A stretch of DNA of 64,000 bases, taken from assembly GCA_944333345.1 (NCBI GenBank), contig CALVKW010000001.1, positions 5,594 through 69,593 of the forward strand. Reading direction: 5' to 3'. A program made the translations under genes and the position numbers. The notes below the pieces were generated by a model. It saw only the letters and a list, made by a program, of their open reading frames with translations, searched no databases and had not been told where the DNA came from. This document shows positions 36,683-45,085 of the stretch, one piece after another; position 1 is the stretch's first letter, and the number at the start of each line of letters is the position of its first letter. The stretch is from an uncultured Bacilli bacterium (GTDB lineage: Bacteria; Bacillota_I; Bacilli_A; RF39; UBA660).

Positions 36683-38236
36683 CTATTTTGCTTCCTCTTG
36701 TGCTCTTGTTTCACGAACAACTGTAATTTTTATTGTTCCAGGATACTTCATATTAGCTTCTATTTGCTCTTTTACTTCTCTAGCAATTCGATGAGCTTCT
36801 AAGTCATCAACCTCTTCCGGTTTAACAATAACTCTTAACTCACGACCAGCTTGAACAGCATAAGACTTTTCAACACCTGGAATATGATTTCCAACTTCCT
36901 CAAGTTGAGAAAGACGTTTAATATAATTTTCTAAAGAGTCATTTCTAGCTCCTGGACGAGAAGCAGATAAAGCATCTGCAATCGCAACAATACTAGCAAT
37001 AACACTAGTAGCCTGTGTATCACCATGATGAGAAGCAATAGCATTAATAACTATATCATCTTCTTTATACTTTTTAGCAATATCAACACCAATATCTACA
37101 TGGCTTCCCTCTATCTCATGATCAATAGCCTTTCCTATGTCATGCAAAAGACCGGCACGTTTTGCTAACGTTACATTCTCACCCAACTCACTAGCAAGAA
37201 GACCAGATAGATGAGCAACTTCAATAGAATGTTGTAAAGCATTTTGACCATAACTAGTTCTAAAATAAAGTTTACCAATAAGTTCAATCAAAGCAGGGTC
37301 AAATTTAGTAAGCCCTAATTCAAAAGTAGCGTCTTGTCCATGCTCAATAATTTGTTGTTTCATATCTTGACAAACCTTATCATAAAGTTCTTCGATTCTT
37401 GTTGGATGAATACGACCATCTTTAATCAAAGTTTCCAAAGTAACTCTAGCCGTTTCACGACGTAGTGGATCAAAACTAGATAAAACAACAGCCTCTGGAG
37501 TATCATCAATAATTAAATCCACTCCTGTAATTGCTTCAATCGTACGAATATTACGACCTTCACGTCCAATAATACGACCTTTCATTTCATCATTTGGCAA
37601 ATCTACAACGGTAACTGTTTGTTCGCTAGCGATATCTGCAGCATATTTTTGCATAGAAGTAACAATTAATTCTCGCGCTTTTCTATCTGCCATAAGTTTT
37701 GCTTCATTTTCGCTTTCTCGAACAAACTCAGCAATCTCTTTGCTCATATTTTCTCGCACTTGACTCATAACAAGTTCTTTTGCTTTTTCTTTGCTAAATC
37801 CCGAAATTTTTTCTAATAAATCCAATTGCTCTTTTTTTATTTCATCCACTTTACTTTTTTCATTTTGGATTTCAAGTTGTTTTTGAGAAAGTTTTTCTTC
37901 ACGTTCATCTAAAGAAGCTTCTCTTTTTTGATAAAGTTCATCTCTTTTATCAATACTGGCTTCTCTTTGTAATAATCTACTTTCTGATTCTTTTATTTCT
38001 TCTTTTTTCTCACGAATCTCTTTATCTAAATCCATTTTTAATTTATGTGCTTCTTCCTTTTGTTCTAAGGCAGCATCTCTGCGCATCTTTTCAATTTCTT
38101 TTTTGGCATGATCCATAAGAGCTGTAACTTTTCTAGAAGCAACACTAACTCTAATACTATTTATAACAAATGCTATAAAAAGCCCTATAAGTAATCCAAG
38201 TACTACAAGTAAAATGGAGAAAAAACTATTATCCAT
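36683..38236 (-). CDS. rny: Ribonuclease Y
   Basis: N-terminal transmembrane helix, coiled coil, KH domain ([12 protein letters not shown]) and HD domain (HDIGK). Confidence 0.95.
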   Translation of the reverse strand: MDNSFFSILLVVLGLLIGLFIAFVINSIRVSVASRKVTALMDHAKKEIEKMRRDAALEQKEEAHKLKMDLDKEIREKKEEIKESESRLLQREASIDKRDELYQKREASLDEREEKLSQKQLEIQNEKSKVDEIKKEQLDLLEKISGFSKEKAKELVMSQVRENMSKEIAEFVRESENEAKLMADRKARELIVTSMQKYAADIASEQTVTVVDLPNDEMKGRIIGREGRNIRTIEAITGVDLIIDDTPEAVVLSSFDPLRRETARVTLETLIKDGRIHPTRIEELYDKVCQDMKQQIIEHGQDATFELGLTKFDPALIELIGKLYFRTSYGQNALQHSIEVAHLSGLLASELGENVTLAKRAGLLHDIGKAIDHEIEGSHVDIGVDIAKKYKEDDIVINAIASHHGDTQATSVIASIVAIADALSASRPGARNDSLENYIKRLSQLEEVGNHIPGVEKSYAVQAGRELRVIVKPEEVDDLEAHRIAREVKEQIEANMKYPGTIKITVVRETRAQEEAK

Positions 38237-38261
38237 ATATTCCCTCCATCTAGATTAAGGA

Positions 38262-38290
38262 AAACCCCTAAATCTACTTCTATTGTAGTT
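38262..38290 (-). promoter_or_regulatory. Sigma-A-type promoter for rny (TTGACA, 17-nt spacer, TACAAT)
   Basis: A consensus -35 and a near-consensus -10 lie about 30 nt upstream of the GGAGGGAA RBS of rny. Confidence 0.45.
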
Positions 38291-38358
38291 TTATTTCGAT
38301 GCAATGTCAAGCAAAAGAAAAAGTCCACAATAAGTATCATGGACAAAATTCGTCTTCC

Positions 38359-38887
38359 TTAACATAAGATACCACGTTGCATATTAGGTTCTTTTTTTCG
38401 AGCTTTTGATACATCCTCAAAATGATATTCAACCAAGTCACAAGCAAAGGTATTGGCTTCGACAGCCCAAGATTCAGCCATCACTCTATGATGCGTAAAA
38501 GGTTGCAAAAAAATAGGGTTAGAAGAATTCCTTACAATATCATCATATTCTAAAAGATCAAATCTTCGAATCTCATCAATTTTTATTTTTTCTAAATAAG
38601 ACTGAATAACTCTTTTAGCTCTTTCATTACAAAATGAGAAATCACAAACAATATCTGCCATAAGATGCAAATCAATAATACCATGCTTAGGCTTAAAAAC
38701 AGAAAGCAGATTACCAGTTGTATACCCTGGTTTAAAAAAAACATTATTAGAATAAGTACTATCTAATTTCATATAATATATTTCATTAACAAAACTAACT
38801 TCATCAAAATAAGAAAGATGTCCCAAAACTTCTTTAATCATATTTTCTTCTTTATCATAATAACAAAAGATCACTTCACGATTTTCC
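38359..38887 (-). CDS. Hypothetical protein (about 176 aa; start probably MENREVIF) between murE and rny
   Basis: ORF with no recognisable motif. A hairpin plus T-run terminator follows at about 38309-38345. Confidence 0.4.
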
Positions 38888-38987
38888 ATCAAAATTCTCC
38901 TTTTACATAAGTATTTATCCAATTTATCGGCAAATAAAATTATGACAAACTTTTCTGTCATAATTTGTCGAATTTTGTCGAATTTTG

Positions 38988-40400
38988 CTATTTTTGCAAA
39001 ATTTTTTGAATTACTTCATAATCAGAATAAGAAATACGCCGATCAAAAATTGCCATATAATTGTCTCGTCCTTTACCTATGATTGCAACAACATCTCCTT
39101 CTAAGGCTACGCTAAAAGCACAGGAAATTGCCTGTTTTCGATTCCTAATAAAAGTATAATTTTCTTCTTTATGACTACCAATCATTTGTAAAGCAATTTC
39201 ATAAGGATCTTCATCTCTAGGATCGTCCATAGTAAACACTATATAATCTGCATATTGAAATAAAATATCCCCTATTCTAGGACGTTTTTCCACTTCTCTT
39301 CCTCCAGCGGCCCCCGTAACAACAATAATTCTTCGATAATGTGATAAACTTTGGAGTAAATTTAAAATACCATTTTCTGTATGAGCATAATCAAGCAAAA
39401 CAGTAAACCCGCGCAAATCATAGAAAAGTTCTCTTCTTCCCAAAACAGGAGGCATCTTAGCAATAGAAGAAATTAAACACAAATCAGAAAATGCAAAACT
39501 GCGAACAATAAGCCAAGACAACACGACATTGTAAATATTATAATTTCCTAAAAAAGGACTACAGAAATTATATTTTTCCCCTTTACACTTCACATTAAAA
39601 TATACATTTTTTTGACATTCTTTTACATTTGAAATAACATAATCATTGTAGCTAGAAAAGCCAAATGTTATTTTATTATTGACAGACAACATTTGACAAT
39701 TTTCATCATCTCCATTAATAAATATCTTTCCTTCGTTTTTACATAAAGTAGTTAATCTAAATTTAGAATTTATATAATTTTCAACAGTTTTATGAATATT
39801 TAAATGATCTTCTGTAATATTGGTGAATGCTATTACATCAAACATAATAGAATCTACTCTATGATGAAGCATAGCCTCACTAGACACTTCCATGACAATA
39901 AATTTACATTTATGTTCTCTTATCACAGAAAAAAAGCGATAAAGTTCCTCAATACAGGGTGTAGTATTATTTGTTGGATAAATATCATTGCCGCAGTAAA
40001 GTCCATTCGTCCCAATATATGCCGTTGGAACAAAAAGATTCAAAAGATTTCTTGTAATAATAGAAGTAGTTGTCTTTCCATCTGTTCCCGTGATTCCAAT
40101 AAATTTAAATGCATCGCTTTTTACATCGTAAAATTTCTCGCATATTGAAATCAAAGTCTCATTGATATCAGAAACTATTATCGTAGGAACAGAAAAATTA
40201 CTTTCTCTATCTACAACAACAGCCACAGCACCGTGGTCAATAGCATCGGAAACATAGTCATAATGGTCTACATGAAAACCTTTAATTGCGATAAACAAAA
40301 AACCGGGTTCTATATTTCTAGAATCCGTAGAGATACCAGAAATGTCTATGGGAAAATCACAATTTAATAACTGGTTTAACTTTTTCATTATACACCTCAA
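38988..40400 (-). CDS. murE: UDP-N-acetylmuramoyl-L-alanyl-D-glutamate--2,6-diaminopimelate ligase (MurE-type Mur ligase)
   Basis: MurE/F-type N-domain, P-loop GITGTDGKTTT, and C-terminal DDPRDEDP (a DNPR-like motif with Arg retained). Confidence 0.75.
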   Translation of the reverse strand: MRCIMKKLNQLLNCDFPIDISGISTDSRNIEPGFLFIAIKGFHVDHYDYVSDAIDHGAVAVVVDRESNFSVPTIIVSDINETLISICEKFYDVKSDAFKFIGITGTDGKTTTSIITRNLLNLFVPTAYIGTNGLYCGNDIYPTNNTTPCIEELYRFFSVIREHKCKFIVMEVSSEAMLHHRVDSIMFDVIAFTNITEDHLNIHKTVENYINSKFRLTTLCKNEGKIFINGDDENCQMLSVNNKITFGFSSYNDYVISNVKECQKNVYFNVKCKGEKYNFCSPFLGNYNIYNVVLSWLIVRSFAFSDLCLISSIAKMPPVLGRRELFYDLRGFTVLLDYAHTENGILNLLQSLSHYRRIIVVTGAAGGREVEKRPRIGDILFQYADYIVFTMDDPRDEDPYEIALQMIGSHKEENYTFIRNRKQAISCAFSVALEGDVVAIIGKGRDNYMAIFDRRISYSDYEVIQKILQK

Positions 40401-40429
40401 ATTAATATATGAAAAAAAAGGAAAAAATA

Positions 40430-41473
40430 TTAACTATCCTTTTCCTTTTTTTCAGGTGTAGAACCACCTAACGAAATATCATAATATTCACGAACTTTTT
40501 TCTCAATTTCTTGACATAACTCTGGAGTATCTTTAAGTAGTAACTTAACATTTTCTTTACCTTGACCAAGCTTTTCTCCTTGATAAGAATACCAAGCACC
40601 CGTCTTTTCCACAATTCCAGCTTCTACCGCTAAATCAATAACCTCACCTTCATGTGATACACCTTCACCATACATAATATCAACAGTAGCAGTCTTAAAT
40701 GGTGGAGCAACCTTATTCTTAACTACTTTAATAGTAGTCTTATTACCAACAACACCATCACCCATTTTTAATTGTTCATTACGACGAATATCTAAACGTA
40801 TAGTAGAATAGAATTTCAATGCTCTTCCACCCGGTGTTGTCTCAGGATTTCCAAACATAACTCCAACTTTCTCACGTAATTGATTAATAAAAATAGCAAT
40901 CGTATTTGTCTTATTAATAGTACCAGAAAGTTTTCTAAGTGCCTGAGACATCAAACGAGCCTGAAGTCCAACATGAGAATCTCCCATTTCACCATCAATT
41001 TCCGCTTGAGGTACTAAAGCAGCCACAGAATCTATAACAACAATACTAATAGCTTCACTTCGTACCAAGGCTTCACAAATTTCCAAAGCTTGTTCTCCAG
41101 TATCAGGTTGAGAAAGCAAAAGTTCATCCACATTAACACCTAAACGAGCAGCGTAAACTGGATCAAGAGCATGCTCTGCATCAATAAATGCAGCCCTTCC
41201 ACCAGTCTTTTGCACCTCAGCAATTGCTTGTAATGCAAAAGTAGTTTTACCACTAGACTCAGGGCCATAAATTTCAATAATTCTACCCCTAGGATATCCT
41301 CCAACACCTAGTGCAATATCAAGCGATAAACACCCGCTAGAAACAACATCCACTTTCATATGTTTGCTATCACCTAACTTCATAATAGAGCCTTTACCAA
41401 ATTGCTTTTCTATATCATTTAATACTTGTTCTAAAGCCTTATCCTTTGAAACTTCTTTACTTACACTTTTCAT
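40430..41473 (-). CDS. recA: Recombinase RecA
   Basis: The GPESSGKTT Walker A motif and RecA core are present. The RBS AGGAGGAA precedes the MKSVSKE start. Confidence 0.97.
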   Translation of the reverse strand: MKSVSKEVSKDKALEQVLNDIEKQFGKGSIMKLGDSKHMKVDVVSSGCLSLDIALGVGGYPRGRIIEIYGPESSGKTTFALQAIAEVQKTGGRAAFIDAEHALDPVYAARLGVNVDELLLSQPDTGEQALEICEALVRSEAISIVVIDSVAALVPQAEIDGEMGDSHVGLQARLMSQALRKLSGTINKTNTIAIFINQLREKVGVMFGNPETTPGGRALKFYSTIRLDIRRNEQLKMGDGVVGNKTTIKVVKNKVAPPFKTATVDIMYGEGVSHEGEVIDLAVEAGIVEKTGAWYSYQGEKLGQGKENVKLLLKDTPELCQEIEKKVREYYDISLGGSTPEKKEKDS

Positions 41474-41631
41474 AATTCCTCCTAATAACATATCCAAAAG
41501 TATTTACAAATCCATTATATAATAAAAAAAAAGAAAAAGCAATATTTTTTCGAACAATTGTTTTATACCTGTTTTTCTTTTAAAAAATAAAATTTCCTCT
41601 AATCAAATAGAGAAAATTTAAACTTAGAAAA

Positions 41632-42240
41632 TTACGAATTTGTAGTTTCTGATTTACCAAAAATTAAAGCTTTATTCATGTTAAAATATTGAATAGCAGA
41701 AACAATAGATAAAATGGTAGCGATATACAATAATATTTCTGAAACACTAATATGAATAAACTCAAATGGCATATTATAGAAAAACGTTAATGTAGTTCCA
41801 ACCATTAAAGTAGCTGTTTTTAATTTTCCAGAACCAATAGCAGCAACTACTCTACCACGTCCAGCTGCTTCCATTTTTATTGCATTAACTACAATATCGC
41901 GAAGAACAACAATAACTGGTATGATTTCATGAATAAATCCCTGAGCTGCTAAAATAATTAACACACTATTAACTAAAGCCTTATCAGCAATAGCATCTAA
42001 CATTTTACCAGTATTAGTAACTTGATTATTTTTTCTTGCTAAATAACCATCTACAAAATCTGTAAGACTAGCGATAATAAAAATACCACCAGCAATCAAA
42101 TAATGTAACTCAACGGTAACTCCTTGTATGCGATAACTAGGAAATTGAATTCCAACACTATAAAATGGGAAACATAATAAAATAATAATGACGACAGTAA
42201 GTAGCAAACGTACCACTGTAATTTTAGTAGGTAAATTCAT
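41632..42240 (-). CDS. pgsA: CDP-diacylglycerol--glycerol-3-phosphate 3-phosphatidyltransferase
   Basis: CDP-alcohol phosphatidyltransferase motif DFVDGYLAR...G...DAIADK. Confidence 0.85.
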   Translation of the reverse strand: MNLPTKITVVRLLLTVVIIILLCFPFYSVGIQFPSYRIQGVTVELHYLIAGGIFIIASLTDFVDGYLARKNNQVTNTGKMLDAIADKALVNSVLIILAAQGFIHEIIPVIVVLRDIVVNAIKMEAAGRGRVVAAIGSGKLKTATLMVGTTLTFFYNMPFEFIHISVSEILLYIATILSIVSAIQYFNMNKALIFGKSETTNS

Positions 42241-42721
42241 CTATATACTCCTTCCTTACCTCTGGCATTAACTCTGTATCAACAACAGGCGCCCTGTTAA
42301 TACTACTAACAATCAAATAAATGATAATAAAGAGCAACAAAATCACAACAGGGATTATAACAAAAGGCCAAATAGATAATTTCTTCTTATGAACTATTGT
42401 ATAAGGTGACTTTATCTTCTTTTGTTCTTTCTCTTCCAACTTACGTTGTGCTTCTTTAATATCTTCTAAAGAAATCTTTGAAGTATGTTCAAATAAAAAA
42501 CCATTGAATTCATCCACTACTTTTTCAGAATCCAGACCTAAATATTTAGCATATTGTCGAACATACTGTTTTAAACTATAAACATCTTTAAAAGCTCGTA
42601 CATTACCACTTTCTATATTGTCAAGTTGAGATGTAGAAAGTCCTAAATCTTCTGCAGCTTCTTCCATACTAACACCATTATCAATTCTAGTATGTTTTAA
42701 ATATTCACCGAGTTCTTTCAT
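42224..42721 (-). CDS. rodZ: RodZ/YmfM-like helix-turn-helix membrane protein
   Basis: An XRE-type HTH at the N-terminus and a single transmembrane helix. Its position upstream of pgsA-recA mirrors B. subtilis ymfM. Confidence 0.65.
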   Translation of the reverse strand: MKELGEYLKHTRIDNGVSMEEAAEDLGLSTSQLDNIESGNVRAFKDVYSLKQYVRQYAKYLGLDSEKVVDEFNGFLFEHTSKISLEDIKEAQRKLEEKEQKKIKSPYTIVHKKKLSIWPFVIIPVVILLLFIIIYLIVSSINRAPVVDTELMPEVRKEYIDEFTY

Positions 42722-42744
42722 ACAAACACCTCACTATATAATAA

Positions 42745-43098
42745 ACAAATTAATATAAATAAGCCATGTTCTGTTCCTGTTCCCAGGCGACAAACATTTA
42801 TCTACCATTACTGGTCCCTAACTCCATTCGTTTCTTTTGTTAGAGCTCCCCTACCAAATTTGGGTTTCTCGCTCGCGGGGTTTACCACGTTTCACTCTTT
42901 TGTTTCCAAAAGCCTCGTCACTGCGGCACGTTATGGAATAAATCATATCAAAGACTTAGATTATCTCCCGCCGTTAGCAATAGCTACCTTAGGTTATTTT
43001 TTCCCTAAGCACGAACACTACAATCATCACAGACTGTGCGAGCATGGACTTTCCTCTAATATTAAAATATCAGCGTTTGTCTATATATTAATTGTCAT
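42745..43098 (-). ncRNA. rnpB: RNase P RNA, type B (Bacillus-type)
   Basis: The minus-strand sequence contains universally conserved blocks also found in B. subtilis rnpB: GAGGAAAGUCCAUGCUCGCAC, GGUAAACCCC..GAGCGAGAAACCCAAAUUUGGUAGGGGA, and 3' ACAUGGCUUA. The segment is locally GC-rich and sits directly downstream of gpsB, as in Bacillus. The ends are approximate. Confidence 0.85.
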
Positions 43099-43429
43099 TA
43101 TCATTTTTACTTCCATATACCAATTTTTCAAGTTGAGAAAGACGTCTTAAAATATCTAAATTAGTAACTTCCGGAACTTCTACATTACTGCGAGCAACTT
43201 CCACACTCATCTTAGAATTACGAAGTTCTTGTTTTAAATTCATAATCTCTCCTAATAGATCTGCCTTCTCCTTTTCTAAATTATTAATGATATTTAAGAA
43301 CTGTTCGTAGTCCCCAATAATAATATCAAGAAACTGGTCTACTTCTTTTAAACGGTATCCACGAGTATCAATTTTAAACTCTTTCTCTAGAATATCTTGT
43401 GGCATAAGTGTAATCTTATTCTGATACAT
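43088..43429 (-). CDS. gpsB: Cell-cycle protein GpsB (DivIVA-domain)
   Basis: DILEKEFKIDTRGYRLKEVDQFLD is the canonical GpsB/DivIVA N-terminal domain. Synteny with rnpB supports the call. Confidence 0.85.
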   Translation of the reverse strand: MYQNKITLMPQDILEKEFKIDTRGYRLKEVDQFLDIIIGDYEQFLNIINNLEKEKADLLGEIMNLKQELRNSKMSVEVARSNVEVPEVTNLDILRRLSQLEKLVYGSKNDNDN

Positions 43430-43716
43430 GTTATCACCAATCCCTTACAGTAATATTATGTCATTTATTAACTTTTTTGTCAATTATCTAGACGTCGTTT
43501 TATGGAGTTAAAAGAAACTCTTATTTTTGCATCTTTAGTCTTCCAAGAAAGCATAGCAAGAAGACGTATCGCTTCAAAATTATTCATAGCATCACCAAAA
43601 AAAATAATACAAGAAAAAATAAGAAATAGCACGCACTTCGACAAAACATCTCAAAAACAGACAAAAAAAAACCTGACAGTAAATAACAACAAATATATAA
43701 TAATAAGGAGGAAGAA

Positions 43717-43914
43717 ATGAATAATCGTATAAAAGAAATTCTATATAGCATGGCAGTAGAAGAACACAATATTTGGATATTACATAACCAAGAATTAATG
43801 CCACTATACAAACCAGATCAAGAAAGATTAGATAAAGTAGCAATAACCGGAGAAAATTTTAAACAAGCAACAAAATATTTGGATAAATCATATGAAGAAA
43901 CATCAGAAGAATAA
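43717..43914 (+). CDS. Hypothetical 65-aa protein with a strong RBS (AAGGAGGAAGAA). It is in the same reading frame as the next ORF, separated from it only by a TAA stop and 10 codons.
   Basis: ORF plus RBS. No motif. Confidence 0.35.
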   Translation: MNNRIKEILYSMAVEEHNIWILHNQELMPLYKPDQERLDKVAITGENFKQATKYLDKSYEETSEE

Positions 43915-43944
43915 AAAAATGCACTAATATCATATATAAATACA

Positions 43945-44400
43945 ATGTACAACATAGTAATAGAATTAAAATTAGATGAAAAATTAGGCTTAACAACAGA
44001 AGAACTTAAAAATGCATTAGCAAAAAGTGAACACGAGAGAAGAAAATCTTGGTTTGAATATCAACCAGGAAATGAAAAAGCCATCTTTAGCAAAGACAGC
44101 TATGAAAAATATTGGCCAGAAGAAATGCAAACACCCTTTAGTAAATTAAGTTTAGGATTACAATATTGGGATTTAGAAGAAGTTAGAAAAAGATTTTCAT
44201 TTATATATGCTGCTTGTGATAAAAGAAAAATGACATCACCACAAGAAGACTATTTTGCTACTATTTTAAATGAATTGGATTTAATGATGGAAATGAGAAA
44301 TCCAGATACAAATCATAATATGTACAATAGATTTGAACAAGATTTAATTCCCCAAGAAAAAGAACAATTTGAAAAAAACAAAAACAAAAAGACGAATTAA
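43945..44400 (+). CDS. Hypothetical 151-aa protein
   Basis: ORF in frame with the upstream 65-aa ORF. No motif. Confidence 0.4.
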   Translation: MYNIVIELKLDEKLGLTTEELKNALAKSEHERRKSWFEYQPGNEKAIFSKDSYEKYWPEEMQTPFSKLSLGLQYWDLEEVRKRFSFIYAACDKRKMTSPQEDYFATILNELDLMMEMRNPDTNHNMYNRFEQDLIPQEKEQFEKNKNKKTN

Positions 44401-44515
44401 TCAAAAAGATTGGTCTTTTTTAATTGTTTATAATATATTTCAAAAGTTATAATTTTATGATGCAAAATATAGAAAAATTATAAAATATATAGTATAATAC
44501 AAAATAGGTGATGAG

Positions 44516-45085
44516 ATGAACTATCCAAATGGAATCAAAAAGCAAGAAAATACATCCCCAATCACATATAGAAACAGAGGAATGTCATTAGAAAGCGACC
44601 TTAATGAATCCAATGAATATTATAGAGAAATAGATAAAGCATATATATATAAAAAACCGACTCCGGTAAAAATTGTAAAAGTAAATTATCCCTCAAGGGA
44701 TAAAGCAGTAATTACAGAAGCATATTACACAATTCCTTCCACAACAGACTATAACGGTCTATATAAAGGAAGATATATTGATTTCGAAGCCAAAGAAACA
44801 AAGAACAAAACATCTTTTCCTCTAGCTAATATTCACTCACACCAAATTAAGCATATAAAAAATATATATAATCATCAAGGAATTGTATTTCTCATTGTTA
44901 GATTCATACATTATAATGAAACCTTTTTACTATTAGGAAAAGATTTTCTTGAATTTATTGAAACAAAAAATCGTAAATCAATTCCATACTCTTTCTTTCA
45001 AGAAAAGGGATATTTATTAAAAGATGGTTATAGACCAAGAATCGACTACTTAAAAGTAGTAGATACAATTATTGGAGGTATATAA
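44516..45085 (+). CDS. recU: Holliday junction resolvase RecU
   Basis: NRGMSLESDLNESNEYY and the downstream core match RecU/PrfA. A -10 TATAAT and RBS GGTGATG lie upstream. The ORF overlaps the ponA start, matching the recU-ponA operon of Bacilli. Confidence 0.9.
   Translation: MNYPNGIKKQENTSPITYRNRGMSLESDLNESNEYYREIDKAYIYKKPTPVKIVKVNYPSRDKAVITEAYYTIPSTTDYNGLYKGRYIDFEAKETKNKTSFPLANIHSHQIKHIKNIYNHQGIVFLIVRFIHYNETFLLLGKDFLEFIETKNRKSIPYSFFQEKGYLLKDGYRPRIDYLKVVDTIIGGI

Noticed and set aside
38941-38990. Short tandem repeat TTGTCGAATT x2 between murE and the downstream gene
   Set aside because: It is too short to be a CRISPR array or other repeat. It is noted only as a microsatellite-like duplication.
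42860-43150. 96-aa + strand ORF (MGFSLAGFTTFH...)
   Set aside because: It lies entirely antisense to and within the RNase P RNA gene. Its openness is a by-product of the GC-rich structured RNA.
43502-43720. 72-aa + strand ORF in the gpsB upstream region
   Set aside because: It has no RBS and a basic low-complexity composition, and it overlaps the likely promoter and 5' region of the following gene. It is probably spurious.
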